A stretch of 64,000 bases of DNA from a bacterium (GCA_029012425.1 JAQXMB010000059.1:9645-73644), one strand, 5' to 3'; positions 28,510 to 38,339 are shown, numbered from the stretch's first letter. Made by a program: numbers and translations. Notes: generated by a model from the sequence alone, not told the origin.

Positions 28510-29428
28510 CAATATCTCCGAGCTTTGCATAACGCATTTTCAATGAATCATCAATATAGTTTATCTCATCACTCTCATATACCTGGTATTCGTCCCAGAT
28601 ACGCTCGAGTTCTTCCAATGTTTTTACTACCTCAGTCTGTTTCTTCATACAAAGAGCAACGATCAACGCGTTGATAACACTCAGTGGTGCAACCAGTGAA
28701 TCAACAATTGATGCCATATCACTGCTTGCAATCAGATTACATGATGAATACAGATTCATCGGCGAATGAACGCTGTCTGTGAGTGTAATTACTTTTGCAT
28801 TTCTGTTATTTGCAAATTCCATCGCCTTGAGTGTCCGCATAGAATATCTGGGAAAACTAATCCCGATAATTACATCTTCACTATTTATCCGAACCATTTG
28901 TTCAAACAATTCACTGGAATTATTCGTATGCAGCTGTACGACATGATCAAACATCAGATTTAAATAAAACGACAAAAAGCTTGCAAGCGGTGCACAGCTT
29001 CGAATTCCAATCACATAAATCGTACGGGCATTTAAGATTGTATCAACCGCCATTTCAAATGCACTCTGATCAATAGTTTCCAGTGTGTATTTTATTTTCT
29101 CTGCATCTGTCTGGAGTACGGTTTCCAATATCTGAGACTGACTGATTCTTCCATAAGTCACTTCCATTCTCTGAATAGAATTCAGTTTATTTCGAACCAT
29201 TTCCTCAAGTGCTTTTTGGAACTCCGGGTATCCTTTATAACCAAGATGTGATGCAAAACGAACAACGGTTGATTCACTTACTCCAACCACTTCTCCAAGC
29301 TTAGCAGCTGTTAAAAAAACAGCCTTGTCATAATTATCGGTGATATAGGTAGCCAATAATTTCTGGCCTTTGCTCATGCTGCTATATGCCTGATTCATTC
29401 GATTGGTCAATTCGTTTGTATTATTCAT
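28502..29428 (-). CDS. MurR/RpiR family transcriptional regulator
   Basis: VSESTVVRFA..LGYKGYPEFQ HTH plus SIS domain (ISFPRYS). Confidence 0.93.
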   Translation of the reverse strand: MNNTNELTNRMNQAYSSMSKGQKLLATYITDNYDKAVFLTAAKLGEVVGVSESTVVRFASHLGYKGYPEFQKALEEMVRNKLNSIQRMEVTYGRISQSQILETVLQTDAEKIKYTLETIDQSAFEMAVDTILNARTIYVIGIRSCAPLASFLSFYLNLMFDHVVQLHTNNSSELFEQMVRINSEDVIIGISFPRYSMRTLKAMEFANNRNAKVITLTDSVHSPMNLYSSCNLIASSDMASIVDSLVAPLSVINALIVALCMKKQTEVVKTLEELERIWDEYQVYESDEINYIDDSLKMRYAKLGDIDV

Positions 29429-30881
29429 TTTCCGGCTCCCCCTGCAGAGTATCATCTGCATGCGAAACAATTAACTGACGCTCGTGCGTTGCAGTCAAAT
29501 ACTGGCCTTCTGCATTTTTTGACGAATTCGAAACAGAATAGGTGAGTTTATATGATCCCAAATCAGGTATCGTATATGTTTCGCCTTCCATCAAAGTTGT
29601 TACATTTCCATCTTCATCAACAATCTTGATTGCGACTTCATCTGTAAGCTTTTCTCCTTTCGGAAGACTCGCAGTGATACCATCCATCAATTCTGCCCAT
29701 GTGATGTTCGATATGTCGCTTTTTTCAATGTCAACCCAATTGTTCTCAGATGTTAACAGAGGCATTCCGGTATCGTTAACGAACACCTTCGTATATTTTG
29801 TTGTTTTCAGATTATTATTTGGATTAATAATCATATATTTTATTTTGTATGTACCGGATTTCGATAGTACATACGATTTATCTTCGATACGAGTATATTT
29901 CTCTGCACCGGGTTCTTTGATAGATACACGAATGGAATCGGTTAAATTGACACCTGCTGCATCTTTTGCCTTAATACCTGAAAGCAGCTGAATATTCGTT
30001 CCCGCATCTTTTGTCAACTCTTTTTTTATTCCGGTTAACGATGCCGGTTTTTTATCAACAACCTTATACACAACCGTTTTGCTTGCAGTTCTGCCAAAAG
30101 AATCAACAACATCATAGGTCACTTTATAATTTCCGACTTTTTTCATATTCACTTTTCCGGTCTTTTTTACCCATGAAGTAATATCAAAGTTACCGGAATC
30201 CAGACACTTCATATTACCATTGCCAAACTTTGTGCCATATGTAAGCGTCTTGCTGCTAATCTTAATCTTGGGAACCGTCGATTTTGTTTTATATGGATTT
30301 TTCGAATCCGGATCCGTCGGATCCCATCCCATTCTGTGTGTTTCATCGACCTGAATTGTCTTTGGTTTTCCAAGTGGATCATCAGAAGCTTTTCCATTAA
30401 AGATAATGACTTCCGTTCCAATTTTACAATTATCATAGATCCATTTGCTGGCTGCAACGGTCAATCGACAGCAACCATGTGATGCTGTGGTTCCAAGTTT
30501 ATTATACTGTCGGTATGACTGCGTCCCAGGTTCTTTATTTGCATAATACCATACAGAATGAAAAAGAATTGATCCTGTAATTCTTGTACAATATTGTCCC
30601 CAACAAGGACCATCCAACTCCCACCAACGATATCTTGCCATGGTATGAAAGGTTCCGGTTGGTGTTGCATATCCGGTAGAACATGTAAACGCTGTATAAG
30701 GTGTTCCATCCGCTTCATAAACCGTAACAACATTGGTCCCCTTATTTATTTTAATATAGTACTTTTTGTCTGTAGCCGCCTGTGTAATCTGGGCAGACCA
30801 GCAAGAACCGAAAAGAATTGCCATTGTAAGCATCATGCATAGAAAAATCTTGCATTTGCTCAATCTTTTTTGCTTACTCAT
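29421..30881 (-). CDS. Exported L,D-transpeptidase (YkuD domain) with C-terminal Ig-like repeats
   Basis: Signal peptide; ILFHS...ASHGCCRL catalytic motif; repeated G.Y.(V/I/L).Y Ig-like units. Confidence 0.88.
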   Translation of the reverse strand: MSKQKRLSKCKIFLCMMLTMAILFGSCWSAQITQAATDKKYYIKINKGTNVVTVYEADGTPYTAFTCSTGYATPTGTFHTMARYRWWELDGPCWGQYCTRITGSILFHSVWYYANKEPGTQSYRQYNKLGTTASHGCCRLTVAASKWIYDNCKIGTEVIIFNGKASDDPLGKPKTIQVDETHRMGWDPTDPDSKNPYKTKSTVPKIKISSKTLTYGTKFGNGNMKCLDSGNFDITSWVKKTGKVNMKKVGNYKVTYDVVDSFGRTASKTVVYKVVDKKPASLTGIKKELTKDAGTNIQLLSGIKAKDAAGVNLTDSIRVSIKEPGAEKYTRIEDKSYVLSKSGTYKIKYMIINPNNNLKTTKYTKVFVNDTGMPLLTSENNWVDIEKSDISNITWAELMDGITASLPKGEKLTDEVAIKIVDEDGNVTTLMEGETYTIPDLGSYKLTYSVSNSSKNAEGQYLTATHERQLIVSHADDTLQGEPENE

Positions 30882-30926
30882 AACAGCCTCCATAAAATCA
30901 TTTTCGCATAAAATGCCAACATATCT

Positions 30927-30955
30927 ATGCTACCAAGATTTGTTTTTTTAGTCAA
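30927..30955 (-). promoter_or_regulatory. sigma-A promoter of the L,D-transpeptidase/rpiR operon
   Basis: TTGACT-17-TAGCAT with extended TG. Confidence 0.6.
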
Positions 30956-30970
30956 GTTTTTCCTACACAT

Positions 30971-31036
30971 AAAAAAGACTGCCACTTCAGAACAATCAAC
31001 TGGGAAGTGGTTTGTCGATGTTCTTTCGTAGCAGTC
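30971..31036 (-). terminator. Long terminator hairpin after the decarboxylase operon
   Basis: GACUGCUAC-GAA-AGAAC-AUCGAC..GUUGAU-U-GUUCU-GAA-GUGGCAGUC-UUUUUU; G-U pairs favour the minus strand. Confidence 0.75.
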
Positions 31037-31071
31037 ATTTTTACCTTTCACCGTATAATCGTTTTATTCAA

Positions 31072-32484
31072 TTATACGGGATAAGCCTTATTCTTTTCAT
31101 CTGCAACAGCCGGATCAACCTGTGTCTGCTGTGCTTGACGATACTTGAAAAATTCGGTAGCAACCTGAGGGAACAATGCATAACTTAACACATCCTCATC
31201 CTGTTGCTTCCACTGTTTCATTTCAGCCTCAATCTTATCTAACTCAGGCTCTAACAAATCTGCATATCTGCAGGTAATCGCATTCTTTTTATCTTCGCCT
31301 AATACCTTATCAACAACCTCAGGATTGAAAGGCTTAACAGTCTGTCCATACTTTCCAAGTAATACATCCTTGGTCTCTTTTGTAGCAACTTTATAACGCT
31401 CGCCCATCAATACATTGAAGACAGCCTGGGTTCCGACAATCTGTGAAGAAGGTGTAACAAGCGGAGGCTCACCCAGATCTTTTCGTACACGCGGAATCTC
31501 TTCTAATACCTCCATGTACTTGTCTTCTGCATTCTGCTCTTTCAACTGTGAAACCATGTTTGAAAGCATTCCACCGGGAACCTGATATAACAGCGTCTGG
31601 ATATCAACACCCAATACCTTGGGATTTAACAAACCTGACTTGATTGCTTCTTCACGCATCGGGCGGAAGTAATCTGCAATCTCTTTTAACAGCATCTGGT
31701 CGAATCCGGGATCGAATTCCGTTCCCTTGAATGCTTCAGCCATAACCTCGGTTGCAGGCTGACTTGTACCAAGGGCGAACGGTGACATTGCTGTGTCGAT
31801 GATATCGCATCCCGCTTCAACTGCCTTCATATATGTCATTGATGCAACACCGGAGGTGTAATGTGTATGAAGCTCAATCGGAATTTCAACAACTTCTTTC
31901 ATTGCTTTGATTAATTCCTCTGCCTTATAAGGAGTAAGAAGTCCTGCCATATCCTTGATACACAGTGAGTTCGCACCCATCTCCTGTACCTTCTTAGCCA
32001 TTGTGGTCCAATACTCAAGTGTATATGCATCACCGAGTGTATAGCTTAAGGCGACCTGTGCATGACCATTCTCCTTGTTTGTAGCTGTAACAGCTGTCTG
32101 AAGATTGCGAAGATCATTCAGGCAGTCAAAAATACGGATAATATCAATACCGTTGGCAATTGACTTCTGTACAAAATACTCAACAACATCATCAGCATAC
32201 GGACGATATCCAAGAATATTCTGCCCACGGAACAGCATCTGAAGCTTGGTGTTCTTGAAGCCATCTCTTAATTTTCTCAAACGATCCCACGGATCTTCTT
32301 TCAAAAAGCGAAGTGAAGCATCAAATGTAGCTCCGCCCCAGCACTCTACTGCATGATAACCAACCTTATCCATCTTCTCAATGATGGGAAGCATCTGCTC
32401 GGTTGTCATTCGTGTTGCAATCAGAGACTGATGTGCATCACGCAAAATCGTCTCTGTTATTTTAATAGGTCTCTTTTCTGACAT
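31072..32484 (-). CDS. oadA: Oxaloacetate decarboxylase alpha / pyruvate carboxyltransferase subunit (no biotinyl domain)
   Basis: RDAHQSLIATRM, ECWGGATFD, IKDMAG, HTH, QVPGGM, PPLVTPSSQIVG. Confidence 0.93.
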   Translation of the reverse strand: MSEKRPIKITETILRDAHQSLIATRMTTEQMLPIIEKMDKVGYHAVECWGGATFDASLRFLKEDPWDRLRKLRDGFKNTKLQMLFRGQNILGYRPYADDVVEYFVQKSIANGIDIIRIFDCLNDLRNLQTAVTATNKENGHAQVALSYTLGDAYTLEYWTTMAKKVQEMGANSLCIKDMAGLLTPYKAEELIKAMKEVVEIPIELHTHYTSGVASMTYMKAVEAGCDIIDTAMSPFALGTSQPATEVMAEAFKGTEFDPGFDQMLLKEIADYFRPMREEAIKSGLLNPKVLGVDIQTLLYQVPGGMLSNMVSQLKEQNAEDKYMEVLEEIPRVRKDLGEPPLVTPSSQIVGTQAVFNVLMGERYKVATKETKDVLLGKYGQTVKPFNPEVVDKVLGEDKKNAITCRYADLLEPELDKIEAEMKQWKQQDEDVLSYALFPQVATEFFKYRQAQQTQVDPAVADEKNKAYPV

Positions 32485-32504
32485 CTCTTTCCCTCCATTT
32501 AATC

Positions 32505-33653
32505 TTAAATGCCGAAGATAGCCATAAAGGTTCCGGCTGCTACTGCAGTTCCGATAACTCCGGCAACATTAGGTCCCATTGCATGCATTAACAGGAAGTT
32601 TGTAGGATCCTCCTCTGCTCCGACCTTCTGAGATACACGAGCTGCCATAGGTACCGCAGATACACCCGCAGAACCAATCAGAGGATTAATCTTGCCCTTG
32701 GTAATAAAGCAAAGAAGCTTACCAAGTAATACGCCGGCAGCTGTACCACATGCGAATGCAATCAGTCCGAGTGCAACAATCTTCAATGTGCTGACATTCA
32801 AGAATGCCTCTGCACTTGTTGTAGCACCAACCGAGGTACCGAGCAGGATAACTACAATATACATCAACGCATTTGATGCTGTCTCCTGAAGCTGGCGAAC
32901 AACACCGGACTCACGGAACAGGTTACCAAGCATCAGCATACCAACAAGCGGAGCTGTTGTAGGTAATACCATACATACAATAATTGTAACAATAATAGGG
33001 AATAAGATCTTCTCCAGTTTTGAAACCGGACGAAGGTTTTCCATCTTTATCTGACGCTCTTTCTTGGTTGTCAATGCCTTCATAATCGGCGGCTGAATAA
33101 TCGGAACCAGCGCCATATAAGAATATGCAGCTACTGCAATCGGTCCCATAAGACCGGTTTGTCCGAGCTTACCCGCAAGGAAAATGGATGTCGGTCCGTC
33201 CGCACCACCGATAATAGAAATTGCTGCGGCAGCCTTGTCGTTGAAGCCCATAAAAATCGCCATAAAATATGCAATATAAATACCGAACTGTGCTGCAGCT
33301 CCGAGCAAAAAGCTGATTGGATTTGCAATCAACGGTCCAAAGTCGGTCATTGCACCTACTCCAAGGAAAATCAGAGAAGGTAAAATTGACCATTCGTCTA
33401 ACTGATAAAAATAATAGAGTAATCCGCCGACGCCATTGCTTGTCTGTTCGGGTGATGCAATAATATCCGGATAGATATTAACAAGAAGCATACCAAACGC
33501 AATCGGTAAAAGCAAAAGCGGCTCATATTCCTTCTTTATCGCAAGATATAAGAAGAAGCATGCAACTGCAATCATCAAATAGTTTCCTACAGTCAGATTG
33601 AAGAAGGCAGTCTGATGAATGAGATTACTCAGTGTCTCTGCAACGTAACTCAT
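32505..33653 (-). CDS. oadB: Na+-translocating decarboxylase beta subunit
   Basis: IIGGADGPT, AAYSYMALVP, GSAGVSAVPMAAR, HAMGPNVAGVIG. Confidence 0.96.
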   Translation of the reverse strand: MSYVAETLSNLIHQTAFFNLTVGNYLMIAVACFFLYLAIKKEYEPLLLLPIAFGMLLVNIYPDIIASPEQTSNGVGGLLYYFYQLDEWSILPSLIFLGVGAMTDFGPLIANPISFLLGAAAQFGIYIAYFMAIFMGFNDKAAAAISIIGGADGPTSIFLAGKLGQTGLMGPIAVAAYSYMALVPIIQPPIMKALTTKKERQIKMENLRPVSKLEKILFPIIVTIIVCMVLPTTAPLVGMLMLGNLFRESGVVRQLQETASNALMYIVVILLGTSVGATTSAEAFLNVSTLKIVALGLIAFACGTAAGVLLGKLLCFITKGKINPLIGSAGVSAVPMAARVSQKVGAEEDPTNFLLMHAMGPNVAGVIGTAVAAGTFMAIFGI

Positions 33654-33671
33654 ACTAGGCCTCCTATTTGA

Positions 33672-34037
33672 TTAATTCATAGTTGCTAAAACAGTTCCAA
33701 CCTCTACACTGTCGCCCTTAGCTACATCAATGCTTGTGATTGTTCCGTCCTGCTCAGCGACAACAGGTGTCTCCATCTTCATAACCTCTAAGATTACAAC
33801 GGTGTCACCCTTCTTAACAGTCTGTCCTACAGAAGCCTCAACAGCAAATACTTTTCCGGCAGCCTTTGCAGTTAATTTTACTGCGCCGGCGCCACCTGCG
33901 GGGGCTGCTGCTTTTACGGGAGCAGCTGCTACAGGAGCAGCCTTCTTTGTTGCTACGGGTGCAACTGCACCAGCGCCAGTCTCCTCAACTGTTACATCAT
34001 AAACATTACCATTTACTGTAATTGTATAGTTTTTCAT
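33672..34037 (-). CDS. Biotin carboxyl carrier protein
   Basis: Ala/Pro-rich linker and EVMKME biotinylation motif. Confidence 0.94.
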   Translation of the reverse strand: MKNYTITVNGNVYDVTVEETGAGAVAPVATKKAAPVAAAPVKAAAPAGGAGAVKLTAKAAGKVFAVEASVGQTVKKGDTVVILEVMKMETPVVAEQDGTITSIDVAKGDSVEVGTVLATMN

Positions 34038-34060
34038 GGTTTACATCCTCCTGAAATGTT

Positions 34061-34777
34061 TTATCTTCTCTTAATTGAACGAACTACAAAATCGTCTGTT
34101 GAAGAACCGGTTGCTGCGGCAATTGCTGCTGCAATAACTGCAACAAGTTCAAGATCATCCTGTGCCTGTTCCTCTCGTTGCTGAATCTGCTCAACCACAG
34201 GACTTGCTACAGTTTCTTTCTTGCTTGACTTATTCTGTACCTTATTAATAATACTAAAGCAACTTATTATTAAACAGATAACGATCAGCATAACAAAAAC
34301 AGTACCCATACCCATTGCGGTATTCATAGCTGCCTTGGCCATTGTCTCGCCAAGTGTATACACAAGGTCAACAGTAATATCCTTGACCTCCATCTGTGTG
34401 CCTTCATACACAAAGCTGAGCGTCATGTCCCGATCGGTAAAATCAACGGTCTGTACGGCAACCAATGTTCCATTTGAGTTAGTCACCTCAAAATCACCAA
34501 ATCCAACAAAGCTGCCAAGCTCATCTTTGCAATCTACCCAGCTGGTAATCAGCTTCATGGTCAGCTCGTCCACCTGATCGGCATTCATAAGATATCCGGC
34601 AATGTCGGAATCGCTAAGAGAAACAAGCGCCTGAACCATATTCTGATTATTTGCCTGAAGCTCTTCTGCCGTATATCCATTATAAGTGGCATCTTTCTCG
34701 CTGCCGCATCCAATTAAGTTCACAGCAAGCAGGCACAGACTGACGATCAGCAGTAATTTTTTCTTCATCTTCGTCAT
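34061..34777 (-). CDS. OadG/MmdD-like subunit with N-terminal lipoprotein domain
   Basis: Lipobox LIG-C; TM GMGTVFVMLIVICLII; ELVAVIAAAIAA..FVVRSIKRR tail. Confidence 0.85.
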   Translation of the reverse strand: MTKMKKKLLLIVSLCLLAVNLIGCGSEKDATYNGYTAEELQANNQNMVQALVSLSDSDIAGYLMNADQVDELTMKLITSWVDCKDELGSFVGFGDFEVTNSNGTLVAVQTVDFTDRDMTLSFVYEGTQMEVKDITVDLVYTLGETMAKAAMNTAMGMGTVFVMLIVICLIISCFSIINKVQNKSSKKETVASPVVEQIQQREEQAQDDLELVAVIAAAIAAATGSSTDDFVVRSIKRR

Positions 34778-34791
34778 AATCGTCACCTTTC

Positions 34792-36228
34792 TTATTTTGC
34801 ACCATGTTTCTTGTAGGGCTGCTCAACATTTTTGGTAAACAGCATCTCAAAAGCAGCTACCAAATACTTTCTTGTGTCAACAGGAGCTACAATACGATCT
34901 ACATAACCGCGTCTTGCAGCAGTTTCGATATTGCCCTGAAGCTTATCGTACTCTGCAGCTTTTTTCGCGATTTCATCTGCGGATGCATCTGCATACATAA
35001 TTTTGGCAGCCATCTGTGCATCCATCATGCCAACCTTTGAATCCGGCCATGCATAAACAATATCTGCACCAAGTGCTTTACTGTTCATAATTGCATATGC
35101 ACTGCCATACGCCTTATCAACAATTACATTTACCTTCGGTACGGTTGCGTTGGAGAACGCATAGGTTAGACGGGCAAGTGCCTTTGCAAGATTTTTCTCA
35201 GCACACATGCATGCTTTAAAGCCCGCAACATTGGTAAATGAAACAACAGGAATCTCGAATGCATCACAAAATGCAACAAAATCAGCAGCCTTATTGCAGC
35301 CTCTTGCAGAAAGGACGGCATCAAAGGTCTCAACCTTCTTGCCCTCTTCATCATAAAGCTCTGTTGCGTTGGCTACCGCACCGATTGTCATGCCATTAAG
35401 TTTGATAAATCCTGTAACCATATCCTTTGCATAATCAGACTTGGTCTCTACAAAAGCATGATCATCTGCAATCTCGCTAAGTACATATCTGGGATCACCC
35501 TTCATTGTATCAAGGCTCTCACATGCACGATTCAGATCGTCTGTGCAATCATCAATGCATCCTGCCTGAGAATTGTTTGCAGGTAAGATTGTAATCAACT
35601 CACGAATCTGCGCAAGAATTTCATCCTCTGTACCGATTCCGTCAACAACACCTGCCTCGCTACTCTGGAACTTTGCAGATGCCGTATCACATTTTTCAAC
35701 ACTGTTTCCGGGAATTGCATTCGGAGAATTAACATATAATCTGCTCTTCTCTGTCTCAGCAAATGTAAAATCAGATAAAGCAGGAACAACTGCCATTCCT
35801 CCGCCACAATTTCCAAATACTGCTGAAATCTGTGGAATCACACCTGATGCAGATACCTGCTTTGCATAAAGCATACCAACAGCTTCTAATGCATCGACAG
35901 ACTCCTGCAGTCTCATGCCTGCACAGTCAATCAATCCGATAATCGGAGCACCCATTTTCATTGCCATGTCATAGACACATGCGATTTTCTTTGCGTGCAT
36001 TTCTCCAATTGTTCCACCAAGTACACCTGCGTCCTGACTATAAACAAACACCAGATTTCCGTCGATTAAACCGTGTCCGGTCACAACGCCGTCTGAAGGA
36101 GTGTCTGTACTTGTCAGGTCGAAATCAGTGCTTCTTGCTGTGACAAGAGAGCCGATTTCCATAAAGCTGTTCTCGTCGACTAATTTGGCAATACGCTGCA
36201 TAGCCAAATTATCATTTCCATTACTCAT
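34792..36228 (-). CDS. Acyl-CoA carboxyltransferase (MmdA/PccB-like, divergent)
   Basis: DGVVTG.G.IDG, SQD..VLGGTIGEMHAKKI, SGVIPQIS, ATVPKV, KKHG C-terminus. Confidence 0.9.
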   Translation of the reverse strand: MSNGNDNLAMQRIAKLVDENSFMEIGSLVTARSTDFDLTSTDTPSDGVVTGHGLIDGNLVFVYSQDAGVLGGTIGEMHAKKIACVYDMAMKMGAPIIGLIDCAGMRLQESVDALEAVGMLYAKQVSASGVIPQISAVFGNCGGGMAVVPALSDFTFAETEKSRLYVNSPNAIPGNSVEKCDTASAKFQSSEAGVVDGIGTEDEILAQIRELITILPANNSQAGCIDDCTDDLNRACESLDTMKGDPRYVLSEIADDHAFVETKSDYAKDMVTGFIKLNGMTIGAVANATELYDEEGKKVETFDAVLSARGCNKAADFVAFCDAFEIPVVSFTNVAGFKACMCAEKNLAKALARLTYAFSNATVPKVNVIVDKAYGSAYAIMNSKALGADIVYAWPDSKVGMMDAQMAAKIMYADASADEIAKKAAEYDKLQGNIETAARRGYVDRIVAPVDTRKYLVAAFEMLFTKNVEQPYKKHGAK

Positions 36229-36291
36229 TCTTTCTACCTCCGTATATATTTTATTGCTTAATTTTTAGAAAGCAAAAATTTCGCTATGGTA

Positions 36292-36343
36292 ATTATAGCT
36301 TATTTAAAACTTTTTTCAATAGATTTTGTTATTTTTTTCACTA
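36292..36343 (-). promoter_or_regulatory. sigma-A promoter of the decarboxylase operon plus candidate Rex operator
   Basis: TTGAAA-16-TATAAT (36319-36292); TTGTTATTTTTTTCACTA at 36326-36343 resembles TTGT(G/T)AA-N4-TT(C/A)ACAA. Confidence 0.6.
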
Positions 36344-36358
36344 TTTCATTTTATAGCT

Positions 36359-37600
36359 TTACAGCGGTAAAAACACCTTAACCAAAAAGCGAAAATAGTT
36401 ATCCAGACGCTTTTCTTTCACATCACATTGTGCGTAAACCGGGGAAGAATATAAAAGTATTTTCTCTCCGGATAAATCATTCAAATAATAGTGTACACTT
36501 CCCAGTTTCATACCGAAAAACACTGGTGCATCTACCTGTTGAATGATATCTTCTTCGACCGAAAAAAATTCATCCTCACGAAGCAGCAGACGAATCGGAT
36601 CATGCGCTTCTTCTCTGAGTGTGATTACCGGTGTTTGAAATGGATTCCCAGAAGGATCTGTACCATTATTTACTTCACATGAATAAGTGTGCAACGGTTC
36701 ATCACATACCTTATATTGATATGCATCAAGTCCATAAGAAAACAGCTTTCTTGCGTCTTTCCATTTATATCCTTTATTATTCGGCCATCCGCATCCCAAA
36801 AGTGCAATCACAAAAGTCCTCTCATCTTTTTTTAATGCACCCACATAACAATATCCTGCATCACAGGTAAATCCGGTTTTGCCTGACAAGGCACCTTCCA
36901 TCATTTGTAAAAATGAATTATGATTTCGACAGCTGAAACTTCGCTTGCCGGATAAATCATGAAAGGAGTACTCCTGTGTTCGCGAAATTGTGAGAAACTC
37001 ATCCCGTTTCGGAGATTTCATAATGCAGTATGACATCATCAAGGCAAGGTCATGCGCGCTCGTACCGTGAAAATCCCGTTCATCGTTTGCATCAAGTCCG
37101 TTTGGTGTAAGAAAATAAGTGTTTTTACAGCCTATTTCTTTTGCTTTATCGTTCATGCGTACTGCAAACGATTCCACACTCCCTCCGACATGCTCCGCAA
37201 TTGCAACTGCACTGTCATTGTGTGATTCCAGCATAAGTGAGTAACATAAGTCTTCCAGACGATATTCCTCACCTGTGTTTATATTCAATTGCACATCCGG
37301 TTGTCTGGCAGCCCGTTGTGAAACAACCACCGTCTCATCCAAATCACAATTTTCTAATGTCAAGATCAATGTCATGATTTTCGTTGTACTTGCATTGGCC
37401 CGATGCTCCATTGCATTTTTTTCGAAAAGAACTCTTCCGCTTTGTGCATCCATCAGACAAGCTGCTATTGCATATAATTCCCTGGGTTTTTCGATTTCCT
37501 TTGCTGCAACCGGTAAACAGCTCCCTACGATCGCATATACAGTAAGTATCAGCGAAAACAATCTAAAAATCTTCTTATTTCTCAAAAAAAACAATCCCAT
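36359..37600 (-). CDS. D-alanyl-D-alanine carboxypeptidase (S11, DacB-like)
   Basis: ASTTKIMT (SxxK), SHND (SxN), KTGFT; signal peptide. Confidence 0.92.
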   Translation of the reverse strand: MGLFFLRNKKIFRLFSLILTVYAIVGSCLPVAAKEIEKPRELYAIAACLMDAQSGRVLFEKNAMEHRANASTTKIMTLILTLENCDLDETVVVSQRAARQPDVQLNINTGEEYRLEDLCYSLMLESHNDSAVAIAEHVGGSVESFAVRMNDKAKEIGCKNTYFLTPNGLDANDERDFHGTSAHDLALMMSYCIMKSPKRDEFLTISRTQEYSFHDLSGKRSFSCRNHNSFLQMMEGALSGKTGFTCDAGYCYVGALKKDERTFVIALLGCGWPNNKGYKWKDARKLFSYGLDAYQYKVCDEPLHTYSCEVNNGTDPSGNPFQTPVITLREEAHDPIRLLLREDEFFSVEEDIIQQVDAPVFFGMKLGSVHYYLNDLSGEKILLYSSPVYAQCDVKEKRLDNYFRFLVKVFLPL

Positions 37601-37721
37601 CCGACACTCCGTCAAAAATCTTCTTTACATCATATACAATTTTGCCGGATTCCATACAAAAGAATTGTAAGAATCTGCAAATATGATAAAATAGACCTAT
37701 GATGTACAAGGAGGTTGAACC

Positions 37722-38300
37722 ATGAGATTACTCGAAGAAAAAATACGAAGCGACGGAATTGCATTAGATGAAAGTATCTTAAAAGTCGACAGCTTTATCA
37801 ACCATCAGATTGATCCGGAATTAATGCAATTACTCGGAGAAGAACTCGGCAGACATTTTGCGGATCGCGGCATCACCAAAGTTGCGACGATTGAGAGCTC
37901 GGGAATTGCCCCTGCATTATTGTGTGCCATGGAGCTTCATGTTCCGATGATCATATTAAAGAAGCAGCCGTCCAAAGCGCTTAACAGCGATTTATATCAG
38001 ACAATTGTAACTTCCTATACAAAGGGAACCAGTTACGAGCTGACACTCTCAAGCAAATATATTAACGAGCATGATCATGTGCTCATCGTTGACGATTTCC
38101 TTGCAAACGGTGAAGCGGCAACCGGTGCCATCCGCTTAATCCGCAAAGCGCATGCAACAATTGCAGGAGTCGGAATTCTGATTGAAAAAACTTTTCAGCC
38201 CGGTCGAAAGAAGTTAGAAGAACAAGGAATTGAAGTATACGCACTCGCCCGAATCGCCGGTATGCAAAAAGATTCCATTACATTTGTTTCAGAAGCATAA
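37722..38300 (+). CDS. xpt: Xanthine phosphoribosyltransferase
   Basis: ILKVDSFINHQID, TIESSGIAPA, IVDDFLANG.A, IEKTFQ.GR. Confidence 0.94.
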   Translation: MRLLEEKIRSDGIALDESILKVDSFINHQIDPELMQLLGEELGRHFADRGITKVATIESSGIAPALLCAMELHVPMIILKKQPSKALNSDLYQTIVTSYTKGTSYELTLSSKYINEHDHVLIVDDFLANGEAATGAIRLIRKAHATIAGVGILIEKTFQPGRKKLEEQGIEVYALARIAGMQKDSITFVSEA

Positions 38301-38339
38301 GACTTTTCTATCAAGTTTCACCAAGAAGGAAAAATAATC

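Noticed and set aside
37616-37721. Purine riboswitch upstream of xpt
   Set aside because: A TTGTAA-16-TAAAAT promoter leaves a leader of only about 25 nt, and no aptamer core is present.
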